DNA of 42,155 bases from Caldilineales bacterium (GTDB lineage: Bacteria > Chloroflexota > Anaerolineae > J102), in NCBI GenBank assembly GCA_026417535.1, contig JAOADB010000005.1, positions 1 to 42,155 on the forward strand, read 5' to 3'. This document shows, in pieces, positions 10,511 through 19,148 of the stretch (positions are counted from its first letter, which is position 1; every line of letters starts with the position of its first letter). The position numbers and the translations under genes were made by a program. The notes under the pieces were generated by a model, which worked only from the letters and a program-made list of their open reading frames with translations, had not been told where the DNA came from and ran no database searches.

Positions 10511-11224
10511 TCATCGCGATTCCGGGACTATCCATCCCTTGGGGGCCACCCGTTCTCCTTGCCCTGTGAGCAGCCCAATCCCTTGGCGCTGGGCTTCCTC
10601 GATCGCACTGCGGTCAACGCGAATTCCGAAGGCATATACCAAATAGGGCCCTGTCACCTGTCGTTTGGCCAAGCGGCGTTGCCACCCCTCTGACTTCATC
10701 CGATCCGCCCAGGCGCGCACATCGTTCTGGCTCAGACGGGCCTTGGCCTCCACAACCGCCCAAAGAATCTCCCGGTCGGGCGTAGCGACCGGCAACACCA
10801 CATCCAGTTCTCCATCCAGGGCCAGATTGAAGGACTCACCGAGAGGACGGTAGCCCTTTTCTTCCAACACCGAGCGGAGGACTCCGCTGGCCTCGTCTTC
10901 CACGGTGGCGCCGAAGATGGCTTTGAACTGGCCGAACTCCTTTTCCAGTTTGGCGTGAGACTCGCTCAGTTTTTGCAGGCTTATTTCGGTGCGGCGCTGG
11001 GCCTCGGCGAGTTCGGCCATGGCGATTTCGAGTCGTCCGACGCGTTCCTCGGTGCGGCGCTGGGCCTCGGCGAAGGCGCGTTGCTCCTCGCCTAACTGGC
11101 GAACCAGGGCCGGAAGTTCCAGAATTTCATCGGTCAGCACCAGCCGCCGAATTTCGGCCCGCCATTCGGGGTAGTCGTAAAGCAAGCGTACCAGATCGTG
11201 AAAGTCCGTTACCGTGAAAGGCAT
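10511..11224 (-). CDS. Coiled-coil protein with C-terminal PD-(D/E)XK-like nuclease fold (DUF3782-like by memory), 237 aa
   Basis: The N-terminus reads DLVRLLYDYPEWRAEIRRLVLTDEILELP, followed by a coiled coil with a repeated AEAQRRTE. The C-terminal half has LDGELDVVLP...ILWAVVEAKARL, which fits a D...E-x-K nuclease motif. It has its own promoter at 11259-11287. Confidence 0.6.
   Translation of the reverse strand: MPFTVTDFHDLVRLLYDYPEWRAEIRRLVLTDEILELPALVRQLGEEQRAFAEAQRRTEERVGRLEIAMAELAEAQRRTEISLQKLSESHAKLEKEFGQFKAIFGATVEDEASGVLRSVLEEKGYRPLGESFNLALDGELDVVLPVATPDREILWAVVEAKARLSQNDVRAWADRMKSEGWQRRLAKRQVTGPYLVYAFGIRVDRSAIEEAQRQGIGLLTGQGERVAPKGWIVPESR
10986..11073. repeat. 25-nt perfect direct repeat, 63 nt apart, in frame inside the 10511..11224 gene
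   Basis: TCGGTGCGGCGCTGGGCCTCGGCGA occurs at 10986-11010 and again at 11049-11073. It encodes the duplicated AEAQRRTE segment. Confidence 0.85.
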
Positions 11225-11258
11225 GCCTCATTCGTCTCCGCAAGTCTGTTACATGGTG

Positions 11259-11287
11259 AGTATACCCTTTCGCTTGACTTAGTGCAA
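11259..11287 (-). promoter_or_regulatory. Sigma70-like promoter for the 10511..11224 gene
   Basis: On the minus strand: TTGCAC (11282-11287), 17-nt spacer, TATACT (11259-11264). An AT-rich tract lies immediately upstream (UP-element-like). Confidence 0.55.
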
Positions 11288-11420
11288 GTTTTTGATCATA
11301 AAATTTTGTAGATTTGAAAAAAATAGTTGCTTTTGTCGTAATTTAATTTTTTGTTTATTTTTTATTCGGTGCTCATCTTCTAGCGTATTTGTTCTGGTTG
11401 ATGAAAAAAGCGTTCAGGGT
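11270..11420. other. AT-rich island in an otherwise GC-rich window
   Basis: Contains runs such as aaaattttgtagatttgaaaaaaatagttgcttttgtcgtaatttaattttttgtttattttttatt. The only ORF here (11292..11558) has implausible composition. Confidence 0.8.
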
Positions 11421-11474
11421 CAACCGAGATGGTGGAACGGTGGTTATCATGAAACGGAAAGCGGGGCCGGCCCC
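11404..11474 (-). terminator. Weak intrinsic-terminator candidates downstream of nhaA
   Basis: On the minus strand: GGGGCCGGCCCC (11463-11474) followed by GCTTTCCGTTTC. Further on, CGTTC/GAACG (11411-11439) is followed by a TTTTTT run (11404-11409). Both stems are short. Confidence 0.3.
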
Positions 11475-11526
11475 TACACAGGCGAACCGTTGGCCATAAC
11501 GTGTTGGCGGAGAAGCCGCTGTGGAC

Positions 11527-12960
11527 TCATTCCTCGGCTGCCGCCTCGGCTTCGCTGAGCATGGGCACACGCAACAGGATCAGACTGCCTAGCATCCCCG
11601 CCGTCAGAGAGGCCGTCAAGATGGCGAGTTTCGAGACATTGTGCAAGAGCGGGTCGGCACTCGAGGACACCGTCAGGGCCAGGTGGGGTGCATCACGCAG
11701 GACGGCAAAGTCATGCCCGCCAAAGGCCAGGCCGGCGATGAACAACGACATGGTAAAGCCCATTCCCCCTAAACAGGCCACGCCAGCAACGTGCACCCAA
11801 CGGACATTGCGCGGCAATACCGCCAGCTTCAGCTTTACAGCCAGGAAGGTAGCCGTAAAAATGCCAACGAACTTGCCAACGACCAGACCGAAGAAAATGC
11901 CCAATCCTACCGGACTCAACAGGTGGCGCACCATCTCCAGATTGAGGGCCACACCGGCATTCGTAAGGGCAAAGATGGGCATGATCAGGTAGGCCACCCA
12001 GGGATGCAGGATCGTCTCGAACCGATGCAAGGGCGTTTCGACCTGTTTGCAGGCCTGTTCCAATTCGTGGATGGCCATACGTTGGTCCGGGGTAATGATT
12101 TCGTGCCGACCGTGTCCACCATGGTGCTCGAACCAATCCAGGAGCCTGCGACCGCGTTCGAGAAAGGTTTGGGCGTCAATGCGGTTACGCACGGGAATGG
12201 TCATAGCCACCAGTACGCCGGCCACGGTGGCGTGAACGCCGGAGAAAAAGAAATCAATCCAGGTGATCAGTCCCAGAAGGCCATAGACAACCAGGCTACG
12301 CCCTCCCAGGCGATTGAAGATGACCAGCGCCAGTAGAGTGAGTATGCCCAGTTCCAGCGCCAGCATGTTGAGGGTGTCGGTATAGAAGATGGCAATGACG
12401 AGGACAGCGCCGAGGTCATCGGCAATGGCCAGCGCCGTTAGGAAGACCTTGAGCGAAACGGGCACCCGCCGTCCCAACAGTGAAAGCGCACCCAGGGCGA
12501 AGGCAATATCGGTGGCCATAGGGATGCCCCAGCCCCGTTCGCCGGTTCCCCCGTGATTGAACAACACATAGATAAGAGCAGGGACGACCATGCCTCCGGT
12601 CGCAGCCATGATCGGTAAGACGGCCCGCCGTGGGGACGAGAGTTCGCCGATCAGGATTTCCCGCTTGATCTCCAGGCCGACCACGAAGAAAAACACCACC
12701 ATCAGGCCGTCGTTGACCCATTGCGACAACGGCAGATCGAGGGTGAAGAGGGGGTCGAAAGCGACCAGGAAATGCCGATCGAGAAAGTTCATGTACTCCT
12801 GCGACCATGGGGAATTGGCCAACGCCAACCCGATCAGAGCACAGATGAGCAGGACAATGCCACCCGAACCCTCGATTTCGGCGAACCGTTGGAAGGTGCG
12901 TGCCAGCCGCGTAATCGGGGTCGAGGTGTCCACGCCTAGCGGCACGCTTTTGACTTTCAT
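11527..12960 (-). CDS. nhaA: Na+/H+ antiporter NhaA (477 aa with this start)
   Basis: NhaA signatures are present: FAEIEGSGGIVLLICALIGLALANSPW, NDGLMVVFFFVVGLEIKREILIGELSS, GWGIPMATDIAFALG and FLTALAIADDLGAVLVIAIFY. ATG 12960 has GGAG 8 nt upstream. ATG 13029 (MEDKD...) is an alternative start. Confidence 0.9.
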   Translation of the reverse strand: MKVKSVPLGVDTSTPITRLARTFQRFAEIEGSGGIVLLICALIGLALANSPWSQEYMNFLDRHFLVAFDPLFTLDLPLSQWVNDGLMVVFFFVVGLEIKREILIGELSSPRRAVLPIMAATGGMVVPALIYVLFNHGGTGERGWGIPMATDIAFALGALSLLGRRVPVSLKVFLTALAIADDLGAVLVIAIFYTDTLNMLALELGILTLLALVIFNRLGGRSLVVYGLLGLITWIDFFFSGVHATVAGVLVAMTIPVRNRIDAQTFLERGRRLLDWFEHHGGHGRHEIITPDQRMAIHELEQACKQVETPLHRFETILHPWVAYLIMPIFALTNAGVALNLEMVRHLLSPVGLGIFFGLVVGKFVGIFTATFLAVKLKLAVLPRNVRWVHVAGVACLGGMGFTMSLFIAGLAFGGHDFAVLRDAPHLALTVSSSADPLLHNVSKLAILTASLTAGMLGSLILLRVPMLSEAEAAAEE

Positions 12961-13123
12961 CGCAATCACTCCTGGAGGATGGAATGCTCCGGTTGGGGCA
13001 GGAGGCGCAGAACTATCCTTGTCTTCCATGATACCCAACTCCGACGTTAAACGCCCGCTGGGCCGGGGCGTTTCGCGGCATCCGAAACCGACTCGACACC
13101 GGCCCGATGGCGTGCGCCTCTGC

Positions 13124-13480
13124 TCAGCCCACTCTCTGGGGCTCTGGGTGGTCACTGCTTTCCAGCGCCTGCAGGTCATCGCGCAGCGCCTGGCGCAGGG
13201 GAATACCGAGACGATGGGCGGCCGAGCCAAGGGCATGGGAGGTGGCCGGCCCACCAAGCACCAAGAGCACGATGAGAACCAGCCCCTTGGCAAAACCGAG
13301 CGGCGTCAAGGCCACTGTCGCCAGCAACAGGAGCACTACACCGAAAATGCTCACCTTGCCGGTGGCATGCAGGCGGGTGTACACATCGGGCAGGCGCATG
13401 AAACCGAGCACGCCAATAACCGAAAAAGCCGTACCGATGATCACCACGGCAATGGCAAAGAGTTCCAGAACCAGGTTCAT
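13124..13480 (-). CDS. mrpG: Mrp/Mnh monovalent cation/H+ antiporter subunit G
   Basis: IGVLGFMRLPDVYTRLHATGKVSIFGVVLLL and GGPATSHALGSAAHRLGIP match the MnhG pattern (RFPDVYGRLHA..K in Bacillus MrpG). Confidence 0.85.
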   Translation of the reverse strand: MNLVLELFAIAVVIIGTAFSVIGVLGFMRLPDVYTRLHATGKVSIFGVVLLLLATVALTPLGFAKGLVLIVLLVLGGPATSHALGSAAHRLGIPLRQALRDDLQALESSDHPEPQRVG

Positions 13481-13493
13481 GTCGTCATCCCTT

Positions 13494-13772
13494 TCAGAAA
13501 AGTTGCTGGTCGGCGATGTACTTGGTCAGCGCGATGGTGCCGACAAAACTCAGTCCGGCCAGGCCCAGGGCAACGTCAATGTACGTCGGGTTCAGCCAGA
13601 TGAGGGCCACGAGGACGAGCACGGCCAGGATAAGCGTACTCACCAGGTCAGCGCCGATGATGCGGTCAATGACGTTCTCACCGCGCCACACGCGCCACAC
13701 ACACACCACGATCAGGCCAAGATGGATGATGAGAGAACCGTGCAATACGAAAAAGAGAATTTGTTGAGTCAT
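13494..13772 (-). CDS. mrpF: Mrp/Mnh antiporter subunit F
   Basis: 92 aa with three hydrophobic helices. VIDRIIGADLVSTLILAVL...YIDVALGLAGLSFVGTIALTKYI parallels Bacillus MrpF (DRIVALDT...FIGSIALSKFI). No SD is visible upstream. Confidence 0.8.
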   Translation of the reverse strand: MTQQILFFVLHGSLIIHLGLIVVCVWRVWRGENVIDRIIGADLVSTLILAVLVLVALIWLNPTYIDVALGLAGLSFVGTIALTKYIADQQLF

Positions 13773-13798
13773 ACGATATACGAAAGGACAAGGAGTTT

Positions 13799-13868
13799 AG
13801 TAACCAGTAACCAGTAACTAGTAACTAGTAACTGGTTACTAGTTACTAGTTACTGGTTACTGGTTACT
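13799..13868. repeat. 70-nt perfect palindrome built from ten heptads (AGTAACC x2, AGTAACT x3 / GGTTACT, AGTTACT x2, GGTTACT x2) in the mrpE-mrpF spacer
   Basis: 13799-13832 AGTAACCAGTAACCAGTAACTAGTAACTAGTAAC is the exact reverse complement of 13835-13868. The centre is TG (13833-13834). I verified this base by base. Confidence 0.97.
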
Positions 13869-13907
13869 GACAATCGATAAAATTGGCAATTGGTTGCAAT
13901 TATCGGA

Positions 13908-14393
13908 TTAATATAAAATCTTGCTTAACAGCTCGCGACGCATGGCTTGGGCTTGCGCGCTGTATTCGGCCGCATGGGTCACATCGAGACAATGGACGTA
14001 AAGGGTAAATTGCTCATCAATGCCCATGACTAACTCACCAGGCGTTACCGAAATGGCATGGGCGCTGAGGGCTGTGGCCACCTCGTTATGACAACCCGAA
14101 GGGATGGCAATGATACCAGGCCGGATGGGCAACGCCGGATCGAGAACGATGCGAGCCACGTTGATGCCATTTGTGATGATATCCACAGCCAGGATGACGA
14201 GGTAGCGTATCAGGCCCCACAGGGCACCGGGCAGACGCGACAGGCTTCCGGCGCGGGAGCGAGGGGGCACCAGCACCGTGATAATGGCAGCCACAATGAG
14301 ACCGAGAATGAGATTGGCCGGCTCTAGATTGCCGGTGATGGCCAAATAGACGCCGAACAGAACGACGAAGGTGCGCAAAAAGGCCATGACCAT
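13908..14393 (-). CDS. mrpE: Mrp/Mnh antiporter subunit E (161 aa)
   Basis: Starts at ATG 14393 (MVMAFLRTFVV), 2 nt after the mrpD stop. INVARIVLDPALPIRPGIIAIPS...ISVTPGELVMGID...LYVHCLDV parallels Bacillus MrpE (IDVIKIVLSPKMNIQPGIVAVPT...ISLTPGTLSMDF...IYIHAIDV). Confidence 0.85.
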   Translation of the reverse strand: MVMAFLRTFVVLFGVYLAITGNLEPANLILGLIVAAIITVLVPPRSRAGSLSRLPGALWGLIRYLVILAVDIITNGINVARIVLDPALPIRPGIIAIPSGCHNEVATALSAHAISVTPGELVMGIDEQFTLYVHCLDVTHAAEYSAQAQAMRRELLSKILY

Positions 14394-14395
14394 CG

Positions 14396-15877
14396 TCAAA
14401 ACCCCATGACGGCAGCGATATAGGCGTTCGGAGCGAGTAACCAGGCGCTGACAGCGTTGGCCAGGGCCAACAACGGTTCGGGCCACAGGCCCAAGAGCAC
14501 ACACAGCACGATCAGAATCGTCGGAGCCAGCAGCCGATCTCCACCGGGTTTGACCTTGGCGCCAGAAGGGGCCGGTTCCCACCAGATCATCTGAAACGCA
14601 CGGGTGACATAGACCAGGGTGAGGATGCTGGCCACACCGAGAAAGGCCAGCGAAGGATAGGCTGCGGCCAGGATGCCGCTGCGGAACAGAGCGAGCTTGC
14701 CGACAAAGCCGTTCATGGGTGGAATCCCAGCCAAGGCCATCCCACCCAGAAGAAACAGCGCCCCCAGGAAGGGCGCGCCCTTGCCCAGACCGATCAGGTT
14801 GGCAAAAGCGGCCGATTTGACCTCCGCCCGACTCGCTATGGCGCCGGCCAGCATCAGCAAGGCCGCTTTGACCAGGCTGTGGTTCACGGTGAGGATGACG
14901 GCTGCGGCCAGCGCCGATGGCGTCCCCCAGCCGATGGCGACCAGGATAAAGCCGATCTGGGCCAGAGTCGAATAGGCCAGCATCCGCTTGAGATGGTGCG
15001 TTCCCAGCGCCGTGAGTCCGCCAAAAACGATCCCCACCAGACCGAACACAACCAGCCAGTCTTGCAGCATGGCCGCCTGGGGCCGAAAGAGAAGGGTGGT
15101 CATACGCATGAAGCCATAGACCCCCATTTTGACCACCACCGACGAGAGCATGGCGCTGACCGCAGTGGGCGCGGCGGCATGGAAATCGGGTTGCCAGAAG
15201 TGAAAAGGCACCACCGCCGCCTTGATCATGAAGAAGACCAGCATCAGCACGACTGCCGCCGGCACCAGCGGCGGTGAAGGATCGGCCGCCAGGCGTTGGG
15301 CCAGGTCGGCCATGTTCAGCGTGCCGTATGACGCGTACAAGCTGCCCACGGCGCTCAACCAGACGATGGAGGCCAGCAGGCTGATGTAGAAGTACTTATA
15401 AGCCGCCTCGACCCCACTGCGTTCATCGGCCAAGGCCGTAAGCACCGTAGCCGACGCCACCAGCAGCTCGGCAAAAACGAACAGATTGAAAACGTCGCCG
15501 GTGAGGAAGGAACCCGTGAGGGCGGCGGTCAAAAACAGGAACAGCGGATAGAACACGGGAAACGTGACACAGCGATCACGGCAGCCCAGGGCGTAGAGCA
15601 ACCCGGCCATCAGCACGACCTGCGCCATGAGGACGAAGGTCGCTGCCGGCAAATCACCCACCAGGGAGATGCCAAACGGCGCCGGCCAGCCGCCCAGTTG
15701 AAAGACCACCGGCCCGCGACGCCAGGCTTCGGCCAGCAATAGGATGGAACTGAGCAACGAAACGGCCAGTGCGCCCGCCGACCAGGCTGCTTGCCAGCCC
15801 CGCCAACGCCAGAAGAGCAAACCGAGCGTGGCGCCGGCCAGGGGAACGAGAATGGGCAACAGAACGAGGGAAGCCAT
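14396..15877 (-). CDS. mrpD: Mrp/Mnh antiporter subunit D (NuoN/NuoM-like)
   Basis: Polytopic NADH-quinone-oxidoreductase-chain-like sequence. I chose ATG 15877 (MASLVLLPILVPL, like Bacillus MrpD MNNLVILPILIP). The ORF track starts at a TTG (15889) that overlaps the mrpC stop. Confidence 0.85.
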   Translation of the reverse strand: MASLVLLPILVPLAGATLGLLFWRWRGWQAAWSAGALAVSLLSSILLLAEAWRRGPVVFQLGGWPAPFGISLVGDLPAATFVLMAQVVLMAGLLYALGCRDRCVTFPVFYPLFLFLTAALTGSFLTGDVFNLFVFAELLVASATVLTALADERSGVEAAYKYFYISLLASIVWLSAVGSLYASYGTLNMADLAQRLAADPSPPLVPAAVVLMLVFFMIKAAVVPFHFWQPDFHAAAPTAVSAMLSSVVVKMGVYGFMRMTTLLFRPQAAMLQDWLVVFGLVGIVFGGLTALGTHHLKRMLAYSTLAQIGFILVAIGWGTPSALAAAVILTVNHSLVKAALLMLAGAIASRAEVKSAAFANLIGLGKGAPFLGALFLLGGMALAGIPPMNGFVGKLALFRSGILAAAYPSLAFLGVASILTLVYVTRAFQMIWWEPAPSGAKVKPGGDRLLAPTILIVLCVLLGLWPEPLLALANAVSAWLLAPNAYIAAVMGF

Positions 15878-15885
15878 GCACGTGC

Positions 15886-16221
15886 TCAATGTTTCAAATC
15901 GGCGATGGCATCGGCGTCGGCCGTGCGATAACGCATGGCCAGCACATAGAGCAGCGCCAGCACCAACACGAATCCGGCCATGCCGATGACGATGGCCGTG
16001 AGCACCAACGCTTGCGGCAGGGCATCGCTGCGCTGGCCCACGGCATTCACATAGGGGATCACCTTGCCCCGATAGGCGCCAGTCATGAGCAAAAACAGAT
16101 TGACCGCATTCGTGATCACCAGCAGGCCGATGGCCGACCGGATGACATTACGGCGCAACAACTGAAAAAGGCCGATGGCGAACATGGCGCCGACAGCGAT
16201 GGCTTTGAGCAAATCGAGCAT
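15886..16221 (-). CDS. mrpC: Mrp/Mnh antiporter subunit C (NuoK-like)
   Basis: 111 aa with three TM helices (LLRRNVIRSAIGLLVITNAVNLFLL, PQALVLTAIVIGMAGFVLVLALL). GGAG lies 7 nt upstream of ATG 16221. Confidence 0.85.
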   Translation of the reverse strand: MLDLLKAIAVGAMFAIGLFQLLRRNVIRSAIGLLVITNAVNLFLLMTGAYRGKVIPYVNAVGQRSDALPQALVLTAIVIGMAGFVLVLALLYVLAMRYRTADADAIADLKH

Positions 16222-16236
16222 GGGCAGTCTCCAACG

Positions 16237-19140
16237 TCAGGGTTCATCCTGAGGGTGTCCTAGCGCCGCCAACATCAGGGCAACGCCGCCGAGCACCGTC
16301 AGGGCGATGGCCACTTCAAAGAAAAAGGACGAACTAAGCCCGAAGCCGCGCGGCAAGGGCAATCCCAACAGGGCGCCGTAATCCACACGCCCGAAAAACG
16401 AACCGGTCAGCGCCGCCGAGGCGATGCCGTTGCCGAGAGCCAAGGTCAGCGCCATGCCGACCAAGGGGAAGGGACGTAGCCACGGCAGCCGCTGGAGGGT
16501 CTCTTCGTAACCGAAAATGACATACCAAAAGGCAATGACCAAACTGACAATGACCCCGGCCGTGAAACCGTCGCCGGCCTGTTCGTGGCCGTACATGATC
16601 TGGGTGACCGCCACCACCATCATGACCGGCAACAAGATGCGCGCCAGGAGGCGGACGAACGGCGACGAGCGGGGCCCGCCGATGCCCATGATCGCCTTGT
16701 CGCGTAGTTCCCGCACACCTGGCGCCAGGCTGGGATTCTCGGCTTCGGGGGGAGGGGCCAAAACCGCACCGGCTTCGCGGCGGTCGCTCTGTGTGGCATA
16801 ACGCAGCAGGGCATAGACCCCCAGCCCGGCCAGGCTAAAGACGAGGATCTCGATGAGCGTATCGAAACCGCGAAAATCCACGATGATGGCCCCGACGATA
16901 TCGATGGCGCCGGCTAACGGCTTGGCATTGGCCTCGTAATAGGGCGTGACAAGGCTTGGCCGTGGTCGTGAAGCCAGGGCGGCCAGCGTCAGCGCCGCAA
17001 CGGCTACGCCACCCGCCACCGCGATCAGGCCATCGCGCAGCAAACCGCCACGACTCTGGCGGAAGGTCAGCTCCCAGGCCCGGCGTCGTTGTTCGCGTGG
17101 GAGCAGGCTCAGCGCCAGTGTCAGCAGCACCACGCTCAGCAGGTCCACCACCACCTGAACCAGGGCCACATCCGGCGCCAGTTCCAAAACCATGATCGCA
17201 GCCACCCCCAGACTCGAAACACCGAGCGCCAGGATGGCAAAGAAATCGCGCACCAGGAAGATGCTCAAACCTGCCGCGCCAGCGGCCAGGAAAAGGGTAA
17301 AAATCCTCAGGATGGTCAGCTCATCCGGCGGCTCGATGGACAGCACCTCCGGCACGGGCAGACGCCCTTCCCACAGCATGAGGAGCGTCAGCGCCGTCAG
17401 CATGATGGCCAGATAACGGCGCAGCTGCCCCATCTGGAGTCGCGTGCTCAGACGGGCCGCCGCCATCAGCCCTTGAAGGACTTTCTCGTACACGCCGTCG
17501 AAGCTGAACCATGGCCATAACGCCGCTTGCCAACGGCGCACGGGATGACGACCCAACCCGATCAGCGTCCCCAGCGAGACGGCCACGACGCTGAGGACGA
17601 ACGGCACCGTTACCCCGGCCCAAATCGCCAGCGAGACCTTCACCGTCTCGCCGTAGGCCGCCGAGGCCGCCGTCGCCACGAAGGTCGCCAGGGGAATGGG
17701 TTCGGGCAGCAGGCCCAAAACGAGCGAGAGGGCAGCCAGGATGGCCGGGGCCAAGAGCATCCCCAGCGGCGGTTCGTGGCCGTGGATATGGGGGTCGCGC
17801 GGGCGGCCCAAGAACACATCGCTGATCAAAAGCACCGCTTGGGCCAGGAGCAACGCACCCGCGATCACGGTGGCCGTTGTCAGCAGCGTGGCGACCAACG
17901 GCGGCACCTGCGGATGGGTCACCGAGGCCAGCAGGGTCTCTTTGGCCAGAAAGCCGAACAGAGGCGGCAGCCCCGCCATGGACAACGCCGCCGGCGCTGC
18001 TACGGCCAGCGTCAACGGCATGGCCCGACCCAATCCGCCCAACCGGCGCAGGTCGCGTGTGCCCGTCTCGTGGTCCACAATGCCCACGATCAGAAACAGG
18101 GCGCCCTTGTACAACGCATGGGCCAGAATGCTGACGACCACGGCCTTGAAGGCGATGGACGTTTCGGCGCCCACCAGCATGACCATGACGCCGAGCTGAC
18201 TCACGGTGGAATAGGCCAGCAGGGCCTTCAGGTCGTTCTGTTTCAGGCCCAGGTAGGCCCCGGTGAGCATCGTCAGCAGTCCAAACCCGGTCAGAACGGC
18301 AAACCAGGCTTCCGTACCGCCCAAGGCCGGGTGGAAGCGGGCCAGCAGATAGATGCCGGCCTTGACCATGGTGGCCGAATGGAGATAGGCGCTGGCCGGC
18401 GTGGGCGCGGTCATGGCCGCGGGCAACCAGATGTGGGCCGGGGCCTGCGCGCTTTTCGTGAACGCGCCAAAGGCGATCAACCCCAGCACGACCGGATAAA
18501 GCGGACTCGTGGTCAACAGGTCCCGGCGGCTCAGGATGGTCGGATAATCGGCGCCGCCAGCCAGGACGGCCACGAACACGAGACCCGCCAGCAGGGCAAT
18601 GCCACCGCCGCTGGTGATGAACAGCGCCTTGAAGGCTCCACGCCGGGCTTCCTCGTCTTTCGTCTTGTAGCCGATGAGCAGAAACGAGGTGATGCTGGTC
18701 CCTTCCCAGAAGACGAACAGGGTGATGACATCGCCTGCCAGCACCAGGCCCAGCATGCTCGTCATGAACAGGAGGAGATAGGTCAGAAAACGCCAGGCGC
18801 TGCCATCCCCTCGGAAGTAATAGCCCGTGTAAATGACGACCAACGCGCCGATGCCGCTGACGAGAAGGGCGAACAGGGCACCGAGACCGTCGAGATAGAG
18901 CACGGCGGCCATGTCCAACGAAGGCATCCAGTCCGTGCGCCAGACCAGAGCGGCACCGCCAAGCACCGACGGCAGCCGGGATAGGAGGAAGACGAAGGCC
19001 GTCAGCGGCGCCAGGGCCACCAGCCAGGCTGCCTGTACCGTACTCAGGCGGCGATTGAACGCCGGCAGCCCCCACAATGCGGCCAGCCCGGCGCCGATCA
19101 GGCTCAAGACAAGGGGCAAGACCAGCAGTGCGTCGCGCAT
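16237..19140 (-). CDS. mrpA: Mrp/Mnh antiporter subunit A fused to subunit B (967 aa)
   Basis: NuoL-like N-terminal and central region. The C-terminal ~140 aa carry the MnhB-type motif YGHEQAGDGFTAGVIVS (compare GHxxPGGGFxGG). The length fits an A/B fusion, and there is no separate mrpB ORF. Confidence 0.85.
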   Translation of the reverse strand: MRDALLVLPLVLSLIGAGLAALWGLPAFNRRLSTVQAAWLVALAPLTAFVFLLSRLPSVLGGAALVWRTDWMPSLDMAAVLYLDGLGALFALLVSGIGALVVIYTGYYFRGDGSAWRFLTYLLLFMTSMLGLVLAGDVITLFVFWEGTSITSFLLIGYKTKDEEARRGAFKALFITSGGGIALLAGLVFVAVLAGGADYPTILSRRDLLTTSPLYPVVLGLIAFGAFTKSAQAPAHIWLPAAMTAPTPASAYLHSATMVKAGIYLLARFHPALGGTEAWFAVLTGFGLLTMLTGAYLGLKQNDLKALLAYSTVSQLGVMVMLVGAETSIAFKAVVVSILAHALYKGALFLIVGIVDHETGTRDLRRLGGLGRAMPLTLAVAAPAALSMAGLPPLFGFLAKETLLASVTHPQVPPLVATLLTTATVIAGALLLAQAVLLISDVFLGRPRDPHIHGHEPPLGMLLAPAILAALSLVLGLLPEPIPLATFVATAASAAYGETVKVSLAIWAGVTVPFVLSVVAVSLGTLIGLGRHPVRRWQAALWPWFSFDGVYEKVLQGLMAAARLSTRLQMGQLRRYLAIMLTALTLLMLWEGRLPVPEVLSIEPPDELTILRIFTLFLAAGAAGLSIFLVRDFFAILALGVSSLGVAAIMVLELAPDVALVQVVVDLLSVVLLTLALSLLPREQRRRAWELTFRQSRGGLLRDGLIAVAGGVAVAALTLAALASRPRPSLVTPYYEANAKPLAGAIDIVGAIIVDFRGFDTLIEILVFSLAGLGVYALLRYATQSDRREAGAVLAPPPEAENPSLAPGVRELRDKAIMGIGGPRSSPFVRLLARILLPVMMVVAVTQIMYGHEQAGDGFTAGVIVSLVIAFWYVIFGYEETLQRLPWLRPFPLVGMALTLALGNGIASAALTGSFFGRVDYGALLGLPLPRGFGLSSSFFFEVAIALTVLGGVALMLAALGHPQDEP

Positions 19141-19148
19141 GGCTGCTT

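Noticed and set aside
11292-11558. 88-aa ORF in the AT-rich island
   Set aside because: The translation is Phe/Cys/Ser/Ile-rich and low in complexity at the start, then runs antisense into nhaA. There is no RBS and the codon usage is atypical.
13107-13817. 236-aa plus-strand ORF across mrpG/mrpF
   Set aside because: It is antisense to two well-supported Mrp subunits, and its end is simply the heptad palindrome read as protein.
13799-13868. Heptad arrays (here and at 24373-24491) as a CRISPR array
   Set aside because: The units are 7 nt with no spacers, no cas genes are present, and the structure is palindromic rather than repeat-spacer.
15877-15889. TTG start for mrpD (and GTG track starts at 20092, 22537, 25687, 27157, 35467)
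   Set aside because: In each case an in-frame ATG a few codons downstream gives an N-terminus matching family expectations or has a better RBS or coupling. The alternative starts cannot be excluded without proteomics.
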